This document shows positions 31,858 to 42,569 of a DNA stretch of 64,000 nt, in pieces. The stretch is from assembly GCA_045648645.1 (NCBI GenBank), contig JAZROH010000116.1, positions 3,014-67,013 on the forward strand, given 5' to 3'. Below the pieces are notes generated by a model. It was given only the letters and a program-made list of their open reading frames with translations. It was not told where the DNA came from and did not search any database. The position numbers were made by a program, and so were the translations under genes. Position 1 is the stretch's first letter; each line of letters opens with the position of its first letter. This DNA comes from Clostridia bacterium. Its GTDB lineage: Bacteria; Bacillota; Clostridia; UMGS1883; UMGS1540.

Positions 31858-32251
31858 GGAAGTTGCGGCATGTGCTATTCAAATGGCCATGACACCGGAT
31901 CGTGAAAGCGAACAAAGAATGAAGTCACAATACGAGAAAATGGGCGTGTCAGTAGCAGCAGCTGATTTTGGTGGTGAATTTATAACATCTGTAAATAAGT
32001 TGATTGAAAGAACGGTTGTGGCAGCGCGTAGAGAAGGTCTTATTGCAACAAGTCATAGTGATGAGGGTGCCGTAGCAGGTGCTGCGCGGGAAGCTGTTTC
32101 TCAAATTGTTACAAAGGCAATTGGGTTAAATGTTGGTGGGAAAATTGGAATAGCAAGAAGCGGCGAACATGTTTGTGTGTGCATGTTTTTTGGTATTGGT
32201 TTATTACATCTTAATGAAATGGCAATTGGTTTAGGCCATCGCGCATTATAG
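31844..32251 (+). CDS. HutP-like small protein (putative RNA-binding regulator family)
   Basis: 135 aa; Gly/Ala-rich core (SHSDEGAVAGAAREAVSQIV ... GLNVGGKIGIARSGEHV) resembling HutP-family proteins. This is a weak, motif-level call. Confidence 0.4.
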   Translation: MNGSKEVAACAIQMAMTPDRESEQRMKSQYEKMGVSVAAADFGGEFITSVNKLIERTVVAARREGLIATSHSDEGAVAGAAREAVSQIVTKAIGLNVGGKIGIARSGEHVCVCMFFGIGLLHLNEMAIGLGHRAL

Positions 32252-32261
32252 GGAGGTACAA

Positions 32262-33134
32262 ATGAAAGATTATATTATTCGTGCAGTTACAGCCGATGGT
32301 GCAGTTCGTGCTTCTGCTGCAATCACAACAAATATGGTAAATGAAGCACATACAATTCATGGCACAACGCCTACGGCAACAGCGGCTCTCGGCAGATTAT
32401 TAACGGCGTGTGCAATCATGAGCGATATGATGAAGGGAGATAAAGATAGCCTCACTTTACAAATTGATGGTGGTGGACCTATTGGAAAACTTATTGCAGT
32501 TGGTGATAGTCAAGCAAATGTAAAAGGATATGTTGCAAATCCCGCTGTAGACCTTCCGCTTAAAAACGGAAAACTTGATGTTGGAGGGGCTGTAGGTGCA
32601 GACGGTACACTCGGCATCATTCGGGACTATGGTTTGAAAGAACCCTACATGGGGCATGTTAAACTCTGTACAGGTGAAATAGGGGATGATATTGCATTAT
32701 ATTATGCAAGAAGTGAACAAATTCCCTCAGTGGTAGCACTGGGTGTATTAGTTGATAGAGATTATTCCGTAAAAGCGGCAGGCGGGATGATTTTGCAAGT
32801 TATGCCGGAAGCTACGGATGAGCAAATTTCACAGCTTGAAGCAATGGTAAAGGAAATGCCGGCAATTACCACGATGCTGGAAGATGGTGCAACACCTGAA
32901 GATATTTTAGCATTTGCTTTGCGGGATTTCTCATCGTACACATTTGAAACGAGTGAAACAGCGTATCAGTGTGATTGCTCCAGAGAAAGAATAGAGAGAG
33001 CAGTACGTAGCCTTGGAAAAACGGAAATCAAAGATATTATTGAAAAGCAAATTCATGCTGAACTAACCTGTCATTTTTGTAATAAGAAATATGTTGTAAC
33101 AAAAGAAGAACTGGAAGCGATGATTTCTGAATAA
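32262..33134 (+). CDS. hslO: Redox-regulated chaperone Hsp33
   Basis: 290 aa; C-terminal zinc centre CDCSRERIERA ... CHFCNKKY (CxC...CxxC). Confidence 0.85.
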   Translation: MKDYIIRAVTADGAVRASAAITTNMVNEAHTIHGTTPTATAALGRLLTACAIMSDMMKGDKDSLTLQIDGGGPIGKLIAVGDSQANVKGYVANPAVDLPLKNGKLDVGGAVGADGTLGIIRDYGLKEPYMGHVKLCTGEIGDDIALYYARSEQIPSVVALGVLVDRDYSVKAAGGMILQVMPEATDEQISQLEAMVKEMPAITTMLEDGATPEDILAFALRDFSSYTFETSETAYQCDCSRERIERAVRSLGKTEIKDIIEKQIHAELTCHFCNKKYVVTKEELEAMISE

Positions 33135-33199
33135 TTTTTCCGGACAAGCACAATTTATGCATAAATCCTATATCTTAGTATTTGAAAGGAGATATGCAT

Positions 33200-34240
33200 A
33201 TGAAAGAAAAACACATGTTTGCCGGTGTGAATTCTCCAAAAGGTTTTTTTTCGCGTTTTGATCATATTATGCCTGAATTACCTGATGGAAGAAAAATTTT
33301 CATTAAAGGAGGACCCGGAACCGGTAAGTCTTCTTTAATGAAAAAAGTAATAAAACAAGCTGCAGCGGAAGAGTTGGACTGCGAGGTTTTTCACTGTTCT
33401 TCTGACCCTTCTTCCATTGACGGTGTGCACATACCTGCATTAAAAACGGCAATATTAGATGCAACAGCCCCGCACAATGGGGATCCTTTATACCCTTGTA
33501 TTGGCGGCGAACTTTTTGATGTTTCACCATTTATACAAAAAGAAAAGCTTAAGTTTGAGCCTGATGAAGTTATGTTTTACTCGTTGCAGAAAAAACGCTC
33601 GTTTACGAAAGGGTACTATTATCTTTCGGCAGCGCTACCTCTGCTTCGACATATAGATAGTGAATACACAGAAAAAACAGATATTCGTGAAATTTATTTG
33701 CAAGCCGAAAAGTTGGCACATCGTGTTTTGGAAGCTGTAGCTTTCCATGATGCAGGGGGAAAAAGAGAGCTTTTTATTAGTGCTATAACCCCGGAGGGGT
33801 TTGTAAATTATGCGGATACAGTGTTCTCCAACACGTATTCTATTGCAGTAAAAGGAAGGTATGGGACTGCACTGTTTATGCGGCGATTTGCAGAAATTGC
33901 CGGGATGAAGGGTTTTTCTCCTATTTTGTTTTATTGTCCAATGCGTTTGGATGAAAAAATGGAACATATATATATTCCGGAGATTAATATTTCAATTACA
34001 ACATATGATTATTATACGCATGCATCTTCGGCAGAAACGATTGATTTGGATACATTTATTTATTCGACATCTAGTCAAGAGGAAAGCCGCGGTTATGCAA
34101 ATATACTGATGCAACAAGCAATAGATGCCTTCGCCGAGGCAAAAAATGCGCATACACGGTTGGAAAAAATTTATATACCTGCTATGGACTTCGACGGCCT
34201 TAACGAAAGGACAAAGTCACTTATAGATTCCATTTTTTAA
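33200..34240 (+). CDS. P-loop NTPase-like hypothetical protein
   Basis: Walker A IFIKGGPGTGKSSL near the N-terminus; the remaining ~300 aa carry no motif I recognise. ATG at 33200 is preferred (GGAG 9 nt upstream); the ORF track start is 33182. Confidence 0.5.
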   Translation: MKEKHMFAGVNSPKGFFSRFDHIMPELPDGRKIFIKGGPGTGKSSLMKKVIKQAAAEELDCEVFHCSSDPSSIDGVHIPALKTAILDATAPHNGDPLYPCIGGELFDVSPFIQKEKLKFEPDEVMFYSLQKKRSFTKGYYYLSAALPLLRHIDSEYTEKTDIREIYLQAEKLAHRVLEAVAFHDAGGKRELFISAITPEGFVNYADTVFSNTYSIAVKGRYGTALFMRRFAEIAGMKGFSPILFYCPMRLDEKMEHIYIPEINISITTYDYYTHASSAETIDLDTFIYSTSSQEESRGYANILMQQAIDAFAEAKNAHTRLEKIYIPAMDFDGLNERTKSLIDSIF

Positions 34241-34254
34241 AACGAGGGTTACAT

Positions 34255-35034
34255 ATGAAGATTTTTGAAATTACAAATATAATAGAAAGATATGCGCCCA
34301 AAAGTTTAGCCTCTTCTTTTGATAATGTTGGGCTAATGCTGGGAGATGAAACAAGGGATGTATCCATAGTTCTTTTATCTTTAGATGTGGATTTGTCTAT
34401 AGCTATGGAGGCTAAGGCAATAGGTGCTGAGCTTATTATATGTCATCATCCGCTTATATTTCATCCACTTAAAAACATTACTGCAGACACGCCGGAAGGA
34501 AAATGTCTTTTGTTTTTAGCTGAGAATAAGATTGCCGTATATTCTGCACATACCAATTTAGACAGTGCACTTGGTGGACTCAATGATCTCGCCGCACAGT
34601 TCTTACGTCTGGAAAATACTATTCCGTTGGAAACAAACGAGGGGCCCGGAATAGGAAGAATTGGGAAACTACCACAAACAGCCACATTAAAAACAATTGC
34701 TGAAGAAGTAAAACATATATATCGGCTGCCCTTTATTCGTTTTATCGGGGAAGAAGATACGCCAATTTCAACAGTTGCGCTTTGTACTGGAAGTGGAGGA
34801 GACCTTGTTTCAATCGCAAAAGAAAAGGGTGCGGATTTATATATAACCGGAGATATAAAATATAATGTGGCGCGTGATGCAGCAGCAGCCAAACTTGCCA
34901 TGCTTGAACTTGGCCATTATGAAAGTGAATATATTGTTGTGGATTTATTAGAAAAAATAATTTTGAATTATGGCAACATACAGATAAAACTTTATAAATC
35001 ACGTGCGAATAAAAATGTTTTCAAAACTTTATAA
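34255..35034 (+). CDS. Nif3-like dinuclear metal-centre protein (YqfO family)
   Basis: MKIFEITNIIERYAPKSLASSFDNVGLMLGD N-terminus and CHHPLIFHPLK motif. Confidence 0.8.
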   Translation: MKIFEITNIIERYAPKSLASSFDNVGLMLGDETRDVSIVLLSLDVDLSIAMEAKAIGAELIICHHPLIFHPLKNITADTPEGKCLLFLAENKIAVYSAHTNLDSALGGLNDLAAQFLRLENTIPLETNEGPGIGRIGKLPQTATLKTIAEEVKHIYRLPFIRFIGEEDTPISTVALCTGSGGDLVSIAKEKGADLYITGDIKYNVARDAAAAKLAMLELGHYESEYIVVDLLEKIILNYGNIQIKLYKSRANKNVFKTL

Positions 35035-35036
35035 AA

Positions 35037-35089
35037 GAAATCCGCAAATTTGTTTCAGTTTGCGGATTTCTTTTTTTTAGTCAAGTATA
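35037..35089 (+). terminator. Rho-independent terminator after nif3-like gene
   Basis: GAAATCCGCAAA ... TTTGCGGATTTC inverted repeat followed by TTTTTTTT. Confidence 0.7.
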
Positions 35090-35184
35090 TGTAAATAATA
35101 ACCATAAAACGATTATTATAATATATTATTTTCTGTTTTTTTACAATAAACGCTAAAAAAAATGATTTTTTTCGTTTAAAATGC

Positions 35185-35212
35185 TTGACATCGAAAAAAA
35201 TAGTGGTATAAT
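35185..35212 (+). promoter_or_regulatory. Sigma-A-type promoter for gdhA
   Basis: TTGACA, a 16-nt spacer, then an extended -10 TGgTATAAT, ~35 nt upstream of the gdhA RBS GGAGGG. Confidence 0.55.
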
Positions 35213-35217
35213 AATAA

Positions 35218-36579
<1,362 letters not shown>

Positions 36580-36593
36580 TTAAAAAACATAAA

Positions 36594-36630
36594 ATAAGAG
36601 GCGGTGTTATTACACTGCCTCTTATTTTAT
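36594..36630. terminator. Bidirectional rho-independent terminator between convergent gdhA and mltG
   Basis: ATAAGAGGCGGTGT-tatta-CACTGCCTCTTAT, flanked by T-runs on one side and A-runs on the other. Confidence 0.65.
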
Positions 36631-36646
36631 AATCTCGATATAATGT

Positions 36647-37609
36647 TTAACGCGAAGCGTTTATATGCTCGTCATATGTTTTTGAAAAAATATGTCCACC
36701 GGTTCCATCTGCTACAAAGAAAAGAAAATCTGTTTCTTCGGGATACAACGCCGCATGTAGACTTTCTTCTCCTGGAGAAGAAATAGGAGCAGGGGGTAAG
36801 CCTTCATTTTGATACGTGTTGTATGGAGAAGCAATTTTTGTATCTGTAATGGATAAAACATCTTTTCTTTCTTTTAGAATGTATTGCACGGTTGCACAGG
36901 ATTCAAGTCGCATGTTTTTTCTTAAACGGTTGTGAAACACGGAGGATACAAGCGTTCTTTCTTCGTCCTTTGCAGCTTCACGTTCAATTATGGAAGCAAG
37001 AGTCAACACTTCACGAAAATCTAGGCTCAATTCTTCGCTTCGTTTAAGGTTTTCTTCCGTTATCATTTTTTGAGAAAAAGTCTGTAGCATTATATCTACA
37101 ACAAAATCAGGAGAACTTTCTGGTAAAAATTCATACGTAGCTGGGAAAAGATATCCTTCCACATTTCCGTCAGAAGGCAGGAAATCATATCTTGCGTGTG
37201 CTGTTTTACATGCTTCATTAAACGCGGATGCAGAAACTATGCCGTTCATCTCCAAAAGCGAGGCTATCTCTCTTGCTTCAAATCCTTCCGGTATAGTTAT
37301 TACAATTGAATTCTCAAGAGGAACAACAGTCTTCAATTCTTCCAATGCATCTTTGTAGCCCATTCTTTTTTTGAAATGGTGGACGCCTGCTTTTAAGTTT
37401 GCTGCATCCTTTTTTATGTATTGTGTAAAAAGAAAAGGGAAAGATATTATTTTATTTTCTTTTAACAGGGCTACAATTTCTGTTGCACCACTGCCTTGCG
37501 GGATTGAAACTGTAACGCCTTTGCCATCAAGACCACTATAGTCAAGAAAAACAGAGATGCCCAATGCTGTTAAAATGAAAATTAAAAAAATACATATTAT
37601 CTTTTTCAT
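36647..37609 (-). CDS. mltG: Endolytic murein transglycosylase MltG (YceG-like)
   Basis: N-terminal TM helix and YceG-family length. The catalytic region, including the conserved Glu context (TLASIIEREAAKDEE), resembles MltG. Confidence 0.75.
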   Translation of the reverse strand: MKKIICIFLIFILTALGISVFLDYSGLDGKGVTVSIPQGSGATEIVALLKENKIISFPFLFTQYIKKDAANLKAGVHHFKKRMGYKDALEELKTVVPLENSIVITIPEGFEAREIASLLEMNGIVSASAFNEACKTAHARYDFLPSDGNVEGYLFPATYEFLPESSPDFVVDIMLQTFSQKMITEENLKRSEELSLDFREVLTLASIIEREAAKDEERTLVSSVFHNRLRKNMRLESCATVQYILKERKDVLSITDTKIASPYNTYQNEGLPPAPISSPGEESLHAALYPEETDFLFFVADGTGGHIFSKTYDEHINASR

Positions 37610-38133
37610 GTTATAATTCCTTCTTCTGTAAGAATCATGTCTAACTGAATATCATGCGGTTCTTTAGGGATTTGCGGAACAATTTGACAAGAAAATGCAA
37701 GACCTATTGTTGTTGCATTACTGTTACGCAGAAAACGATCGTAATATCCCTTGCCATAGCCAATTCGATTTCTATCTATATCAAAAACAACACCGGGTAC
37801 AAATATTAGGTCTATGCTATTAACCGGTATTCCATTCGGTTCCCAAATGCCAAATGCCCCACGAGAAAATCCGTTTCCCTCAAGACTTACTGCGTCCATT
37901 TTTTCTTCATTTAATACTTGAGGAAAGCATATTTTTTTCCCAAATCGGTGTGAAAGCGCAATTAGGCGAGTGGTATCAACTTCACTCCTATTGCTTAGGT
38001 ACAGCATAACGGCATTTGCCTTTTTAAATGCGGAAAGAGAAGCTGCTTTTTGGCATATTAAAGCCGACACTTCGGGGGAGAAGCATTCTTTTCTTCTTGC
38101 TAATATTTCCTTTCTAAGTTCCGATTTATGCAT
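37606..38133 (-). CDS. 5-formyltetrahydrofolate cyclo-ligase
   Basis: 175 aa; KxxLRKEILARR N-terminus, and C-terminal GYGKGYYDR / DxxLDxIxTE motifs. Confidence 0.75.
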   Translation of the reverse strand: MHKSELRKEILARRKECFSPEVSALICQKAASLSAFKKANAVMLYLSNRSEVDTTRLIALSHRFGKKICFPQVLNEEKMDAVSLEGNGFSRGAFGIWEPNGIPVNSIDLIFVPGVVFDIDRNRIGYGKGYYDRFLRNSNATTIGLAFSCQIVPQIPKEPHDIQLDMILTEEGIIT

Positions 38134-38668
38134 ATTGCATGTCCTTTTTTAATGTTTCTACGTCTTTTCCAAGTACCTCAAGTATACTATAGGCAAAGGA
38201 GAATACGGCGCCCGGACCTTTTGCGGTTATGATATTCTCATCGATGCAGAGCGTTTTTTCTATAATCGCATTTGTAAGAAAGATTTCAAATCCTGGATAG
38301 CAGGTGGCATGTTTCCCGGCTAGAAGCCCTTTTTTACCTAAAATGAGAGGCGCGGCACATATAGCAAAAAGCCATAGATTGTTTTCAGCTGCAAAATCAA
38401 TCAAAGCTGAAAGTCTTTTGTCATTATCTAAATTATTTGTCCCCGGCATACCGCCCGGAAGAATGATTCCTTCCATTTTATCCGGTTCAACTTGGTCCAT
38501 TAAAATATCAGCTTCAACACGTATCCCATGTGCGCCTTCTACTTTTTCACCTGATATGCCGACTGTAAGAACAGAAACACCTGCTCGTCTTAAAATATCA
38601 ACAGTTGCCAGCGCTTCGATTTCTTCGAAACCATCTGCTAAAAATAAATAAAACATTTTTAAAACCAT
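38126..38668 (-). CDS. DJ-1/PfpI (ThiJ) family protein
   Basis: 180 aa; nucleophile elbow AICAAP and general DJ-1 fold pattern. Confidence 0.7.
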   Translation of the reverse strand: MVLKMFYLFLADGFEEIEALATVDILRRAGVSVLTVGISGEKVEGAHGIRVEADILMDQVEPDKMEGIILPGGMPGTNNLDNDKRLSALIDFAAENNLWLFAICAAPLILGKKGLLAGKHATCYPGFEIFLTNAIIEKTLCIDENIITAKGPGAVFSFAYSILEVLGKDVETLKKDMQYA

Positions 38669-39534
38669 CCTAACATATTAATATAATTTTCCATGCAATC
38701 AGGAAAAGGTGCTTTCGTAAAAGCTTTTCCCATTGCGTGTGGATATCTCTTTTCTTCAAAAACATTTTCGCATAATATTTTTCGTATTTCTCCGTTTGAA
38801 GAAGTACGAATTCTAAAATTTCTCACTTCCGAACGATGTGCGTAAATAAACCCAAGTAATCTTCGTAGAGATATTTCATTGCTATAAACACATTCTAATA
38901 CAGTAAATGTTGAGTTTTGAAGGGTATATAATATATATCCTTCATCGCTGTCTAAAGTATAACAATAAGCGTCACTGCAAAGCCGGAAAATTTCGTCCGT
39001 ATAGGTATGGCTATTTCTTTTTAAATGCAGAGGAAATTTTTCGATAAATTTTGAATAGGCTTTCAGTGGCGGGCACGATACAGGCGAAAGTAGTCCATCT
39101 GTCAAAATAAAGGGCCTAAGTTCTGAGATTTCCCCTGAGATTTCAGACAGAAAACTGATACAGGTATACCCTAATTTTTTGTAAAATTCAAAACGAAAGG
39201 GGACCAGAAAGGAAATGTCAATTTGATTTTCACGCATATACTTTTCTGCATATTGCATAAGACTTGATGCCACGCCTTTCCCTCGATGCGAGGGCAAAAC
39301 ACTTACACCCCCAATGTATGTTCCTTTATATTCCTTGTTGTGTATAGAAATGAAATGTGGAATTATTTGCATGGCGGCAACTATTGTATCCTTATCCCGT
39401 GCAACAATCGTATTTTTAGTTTTATAAACATGAGAAAAATATGCATCTAAGTATGAATCAGTGTCTTGAAAACAATATTGCCAAATAGCGCGGACATCCT
39501 TCTTATCTAAATCCGTTGCAAACGAAATTTCCAT
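38659..39534 (-). CDS. GNAT-family N-acetyltransferase
   Basis: Acetyl-CoA-binding motif A: YIGGVSVLPSHRGKGVASSLMQYAE. Confidence 0.6.
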   Translation of the reverse strand: MEISFATDLDKKDVRAIWQYCFQDTDSYLDAYFSHVYKTKNTIVARDKDTIVAAMQIIPHFISIHNKEYKGTYIGGVSVLPSHRGKGVASSLMQYAEKYMRENQIDISFLVPFRFEFYKKLGYTCISFLSEISGEISELRPFILTDGLLSPVSCPPLKAYSKFIEKFPLHLKRNSHTYTDEIFRLCSDAYCYTLDSDEGYILYTLQNSTFTVLECVYSNEISLRRLLGFIYAHRSEVRNFRIRTSSNGEIRKILCENVFEEKRYPHAMGKAFTKAPFPDCMENYINMLGWF

Positions 39535-39536
39535 TT

Positions 39537-40397
39537 TTATGCCTCCGTTACCGTGAATTTCTCAATAAGAAAAACAGGTCGATATGAAAGTTTGGCTTTC
39601 CTAAGCCCTTCAATACCCATGTCTTCTTCGCGATTAATATATTTTGTCTTCGGGAAAAAGTTTTCAACAAACAATTGATTTACGGCGGCATAGGCCCCTT
39701 GAAAAGTGGTATTTGCTTTTTCAACATGTATAAGAGCAGTATCACAATTTATTTGTTCGCCTAATGTTACTGCAACAAGCGTTTCATCAACATATAAAAG
39801 CATACCCGTAAGACCCAGTTCAAAATACGCATCAAATAGACGCATCATGGCTATACTTTCATCATTAGTATAAGAATAATGAATCACAAAAGATTTTGCC
39901 TCTAAAATGTTCTCCTTTGTTATTTCTTTTACATGAAATGAATATGATGATTTAAAAGTATTTAAATGATTTCTTTTGGCGTGAAGTTTTTTTCCGGCAA
40001 GTGTACGAAGTGCCTCTGTTTCATATACATACTCAGCACTGTTTCTGGAGGGTTGTATTTTTACTTTGTCTTTAAATAAACCCTCAATAACAGGAATATC
40101 TTGTTTTAATAGCCAGTGCAATGAAAAGGGAATAGATAAATCATGACACTGTTCGTAAAGGTTTTTTAGAAAAACTTCTTTATTTCCGGTGCCAACCGGC
40201 ATCATATAGTACGGAATTCCTTCGCGATTTTTGCCCTGAACACATAAAAGATCATTTTCTATGCAAAGCGCGGTGTAAAAGCTTTTTGCCCAGGCATATG
40301 AAGTGGTAAAACTTGCATCTGAAGCCATTCGATATGTTGCCCGATAATATTTTTCATAATTCGTTTTATCCTTTAACTGTATTGGCTGAAATTCCAT
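39537..40397 (-). CDS. DUF2156 (MprF C-terminal-like) domain protein
   Basis: KRNHLNTF and GLRKAKLSYRP motifs characteristic of the DUF2156 / lysyl-PG-synthase C-terminal domain. Confidence 0.55.
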   Translation of the reverse strand: MEFQPIQLKDKTNYEKYYRATYRMASDASFTTSYAWAKSFYTALCIENDLLCVQGKNREGIPYYMMPVGTGNKEVFLKNLYEQCHDLSIPFSLHWLLKQDIPVIEGLFKDKVKIQPSRNSAEYVYETEALRTLAGKKLHAKRNHLNTFKSSYSFHVKEITKENILEAKSFVIHYSYTNDESIAMMRLFDAYFELGLTGMLLYVDETLVAVTLGEQINCDTALIHVEKANTTFQGAYAAVNQLFVENFFPKTKYINREEDMGIEGLRKAKLSYRPVFLIEKFTVTEA

Positions 40398-41058
40398 AAA
40401 TTACACCTTCTGTCACTTTTACAATTTCATTGTGTATATCATCAATGCTTCTAATTTCGTCGTCTTTAACACAAGAAATAAAATGCCAGTTGTATTTTCT
40501 GGCAACATAAACTGCATTATTATATGCTTTTATAATGTGTGAGGCATCACGTTCGTGGATATCTTTTTCAGATTTTCCAGTGAATTTATTTGCCCGTTTT
40601 TCCATAAGTTTTTCTGCATAAATAGGGGGCATATCAAGAAAAAATACAAGGTCTGGTTTCGGTAGCTCCATTTTTTCATATTCCAAATCGTATAACCAGG
40701 ATAAAAATGCATCCTTTTTGCTGGGGTTTTCGATTTTTGCTGCCTGATGCACCATGTTGGATGTTGTATAACGATCACAAATTACAATTCCATTTTGGTT
40801 TAAAAAATCGCCCCATTTTGTTTTATAAGAAGCAAAACGGTCTGCAGCATAAAATGTTGATGCTGCATAAGGTGAAACCGAATTTGCGTCTTGACCGAAC
40901 ATGCCGCCGAGATACATTTTAACCAGAGAGGAAGAATCACTCTCATAGTCGGGAAAGCTTATCTGCATAACATTTTCTTTTTTGGAAAGATGTTCTGCTA
41001 AAAGCGATGTCTGTGTAGCTTTTCCACTGGAATCAACACCCTCAAGAACAATCAGCAT
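40366..41058 (-). CDS. Thymidylate kinase-like protein with non-canonical P-loop
   Basis: Tmk-like layout: [15 protein letters not shown]-loop, DRY motif (ICDRYTTSN), LID-like basic segment and VFFLDMPP. The Walker A reads GKAT rather than GK(T/S)T. Confidence 0.6.
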   Translation of the reverse strand: MLIVLEGVDSSGKATQTSLLAEHLSKKENVMQISFPDYESDSSSLVKMYLGGMFGQDANSVSPYAASTFYAADRFASYKTKWGDFLNQNGIVICDRYTTSNMVHQAAKIENPSKKDAFLSWLYDLEYEKMELPKPDLVFFLDMPPIYAEKLMEKRANKFTGKSEKDIHERDASHIIKAYNNAVYVARKYNWHFISCVKDDEIRSIDDIHNEIVKVTEGVIYGISANTVKG

Positions 41059-41822
41059 TTTGCGTCCCCCTTGTAAATAACCCGTTTTTCAATGGCTTTC
41101 CCGCAAGACATTTTTCCTTCCGGACAGTTTCCGTAAACACAGGGAGGCGCGCAACGGGCAAAAAGAGTGGGTGCCACTTCTTTAACAAGTCGCAGCATTT
41201 CCTCGGCAAGCGCACGGATTTCCCATTGTGCACGTTCACAAAGGCGGTGTGCAAAAAAGTTATGAAGACTTCTTGCATTAAAGGTTGCCATAAGCTTGGT
41301 TTCGCAAGCATTCGGAAGCACATACCTTGCATCCTCAATTGCTTTCTTCTGCGCCTTATTTTGCGCTGTTTTTTCATCTATTCCTTGTGCAATAAAAGTA
41401 GCCTTATGCTTTTCAAATAAGATTGCCGTAAGTGCATCGTAGTCTTTTTGGTTTTTTTGCATTGCATTTAGGTAAATTTCCTTTGCTTTCGGGTCTTTTT
41501 CTATTTCCGGCGGAATAACAAAAGTAAAGGCGCCTTCTGTTACATATCTTTGGCTTTTTACGCTGTAACTGGCAATTCTATGTCGCGTGAGCTGCGCCAG
41601 AAGAGAACGGCTTACACCTTCAATTCCAAATGTAAAAGAAACGTGTTCTGTGGGACTTTCGTGTCCGATAGAAGTAAGCATATGAAGGAATTTTTCGGTT
41701 TTTTCCGCATCTAAATTTTCCAGCACATCATCAATATCAGCATTTGAATAACACAATTTTGCAGATGCTGCAACAAGCTGTTCTGCGTTTGGGGTATATT
41801 GAAGCAATTGAACTTTTAACAT
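41052..41822 (-). CDS. thyX: Flavin-dependent thymidylate synthase
   Basis: ThyX signature [14 protein letters not shown] (RHR-x7-S-x-R-Y). Confidence 0.85.
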   Translation of the reverse strand: MLKVQLLQYTPNAEQLVAASAKLCYSNADIDDVLENLDAEKTEKFLHMLTSIGHESPTEHVSFTFGIEGVSRSLLAQLTRHRIASYSVKSQRYVTEGAFTFVIPPEIEKDPKAKEIYLNAMQKNQKDYDALTAILFEKHKATFIAQGIDEKTAQNKAQKKAIEDARYVLPNACETKLMATFNARSLHNFFAHRLCERAQWEIRALAEEMLRLVKEVAPTLFARCAPPCVYGNCPEGKMSCGKAIEKRVIYKGDAKC

Positions 41823-41825
41823 TTC

Positions 41826-42569
41826 TTATCCTTTCTGCCGTTTCCCGTGCAATAAAACTTTTAAAGCAAAGCGAGGTAAATCAAGCATCCGACCTGCACG
41901 CGAGGGCTGTTTTATCAATCTGTAAAACCATTCAAGATTTAGTTTTCTGAAAATAGCAGGAGCACGTTTAACCGTGCCAGCAAAAACATCTAAACTTCCA
42001 CCCGCACCAATTAACACTTTCGCGCCTGTAGCATCTTTATAACAGTCAATCCAGTTTTCTTGCTTAGGAGCACCAAGGCACACAAGAACAATATCGGCAC
42101 CGGTTTCCTTAATTTCAGAAGCAATATGATCATAATTTTTATGATACCCATGATTTGTTCCCGCTATGATAATGCCGGGATAAAGAACAGTGATTTTTTC
42201 CGCCGCTAAATCAGCAACCCCCGGTTTCCCGCCAAACAAATAAAGGCGTTTGCCGGTTTCTCCCGCATATGCAAGCAGTGCGCAGGATAAATCATATCCG
42301 GCAACTCGTTCTTTTACAGGCCGTCCCACAATTTTAGAACCGTATACCACACCAATGCCGTCCGGCACAACCATATCTGCACGATTTAATACGGCGGCAT
42401 AGTCCGAGCTGCGATATGCATGCATAATAATCTCAGGATTTGGTGTATAGATTGCATGCGCGTGTTCTCCGTTTAAAAAATCTTTTGCTCGTGCGAGTGC
42501 GGTCTTAAAATCAGACCGATCTACCATTACGCCCAAAATATCAACTGTATCACGGCTTAGGTTTTCCAT
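41826..42569 (-). CDS. WecB/TagA/CpsF-family glycosyltransferase
   Basis: ~245 aa with the TagA-family pattern (VDILGVMVD ... YLFGGKPGVADLAAEK ... EWFYRL). Confidence 0.75.
   Translation of the reverse strand: MENLSRDTVDILGVMVDRSDFKTALARAKDFLNGEHAHAIYTPNPEIIMHAYRSSDYAAVLNRADMVVPDGIGVVYGSKIVGRPVKERVAGYDLSCALLAYAGETGKRLYLFGGKPGVADLAAEKITVLYPGIIIAGTNHGYHKNYDHIASEIKETGADIVLVCLGAPKQENWIDCYKDATGAKVLIGAGGSLDVFAGTVKRAPAIFRKLNLEWFYRLIKQPSRAGRMLDLPRFALKVLLHGKRQKG

Noticed and set aside
36604-36786. 60-aa plus-strand ORF overlapping the terminator and 3' end of mltG
   Set aside because: It overlaps the convergent terminator hairpin and the antisense of the mltG C-terminus, so it is not credible.
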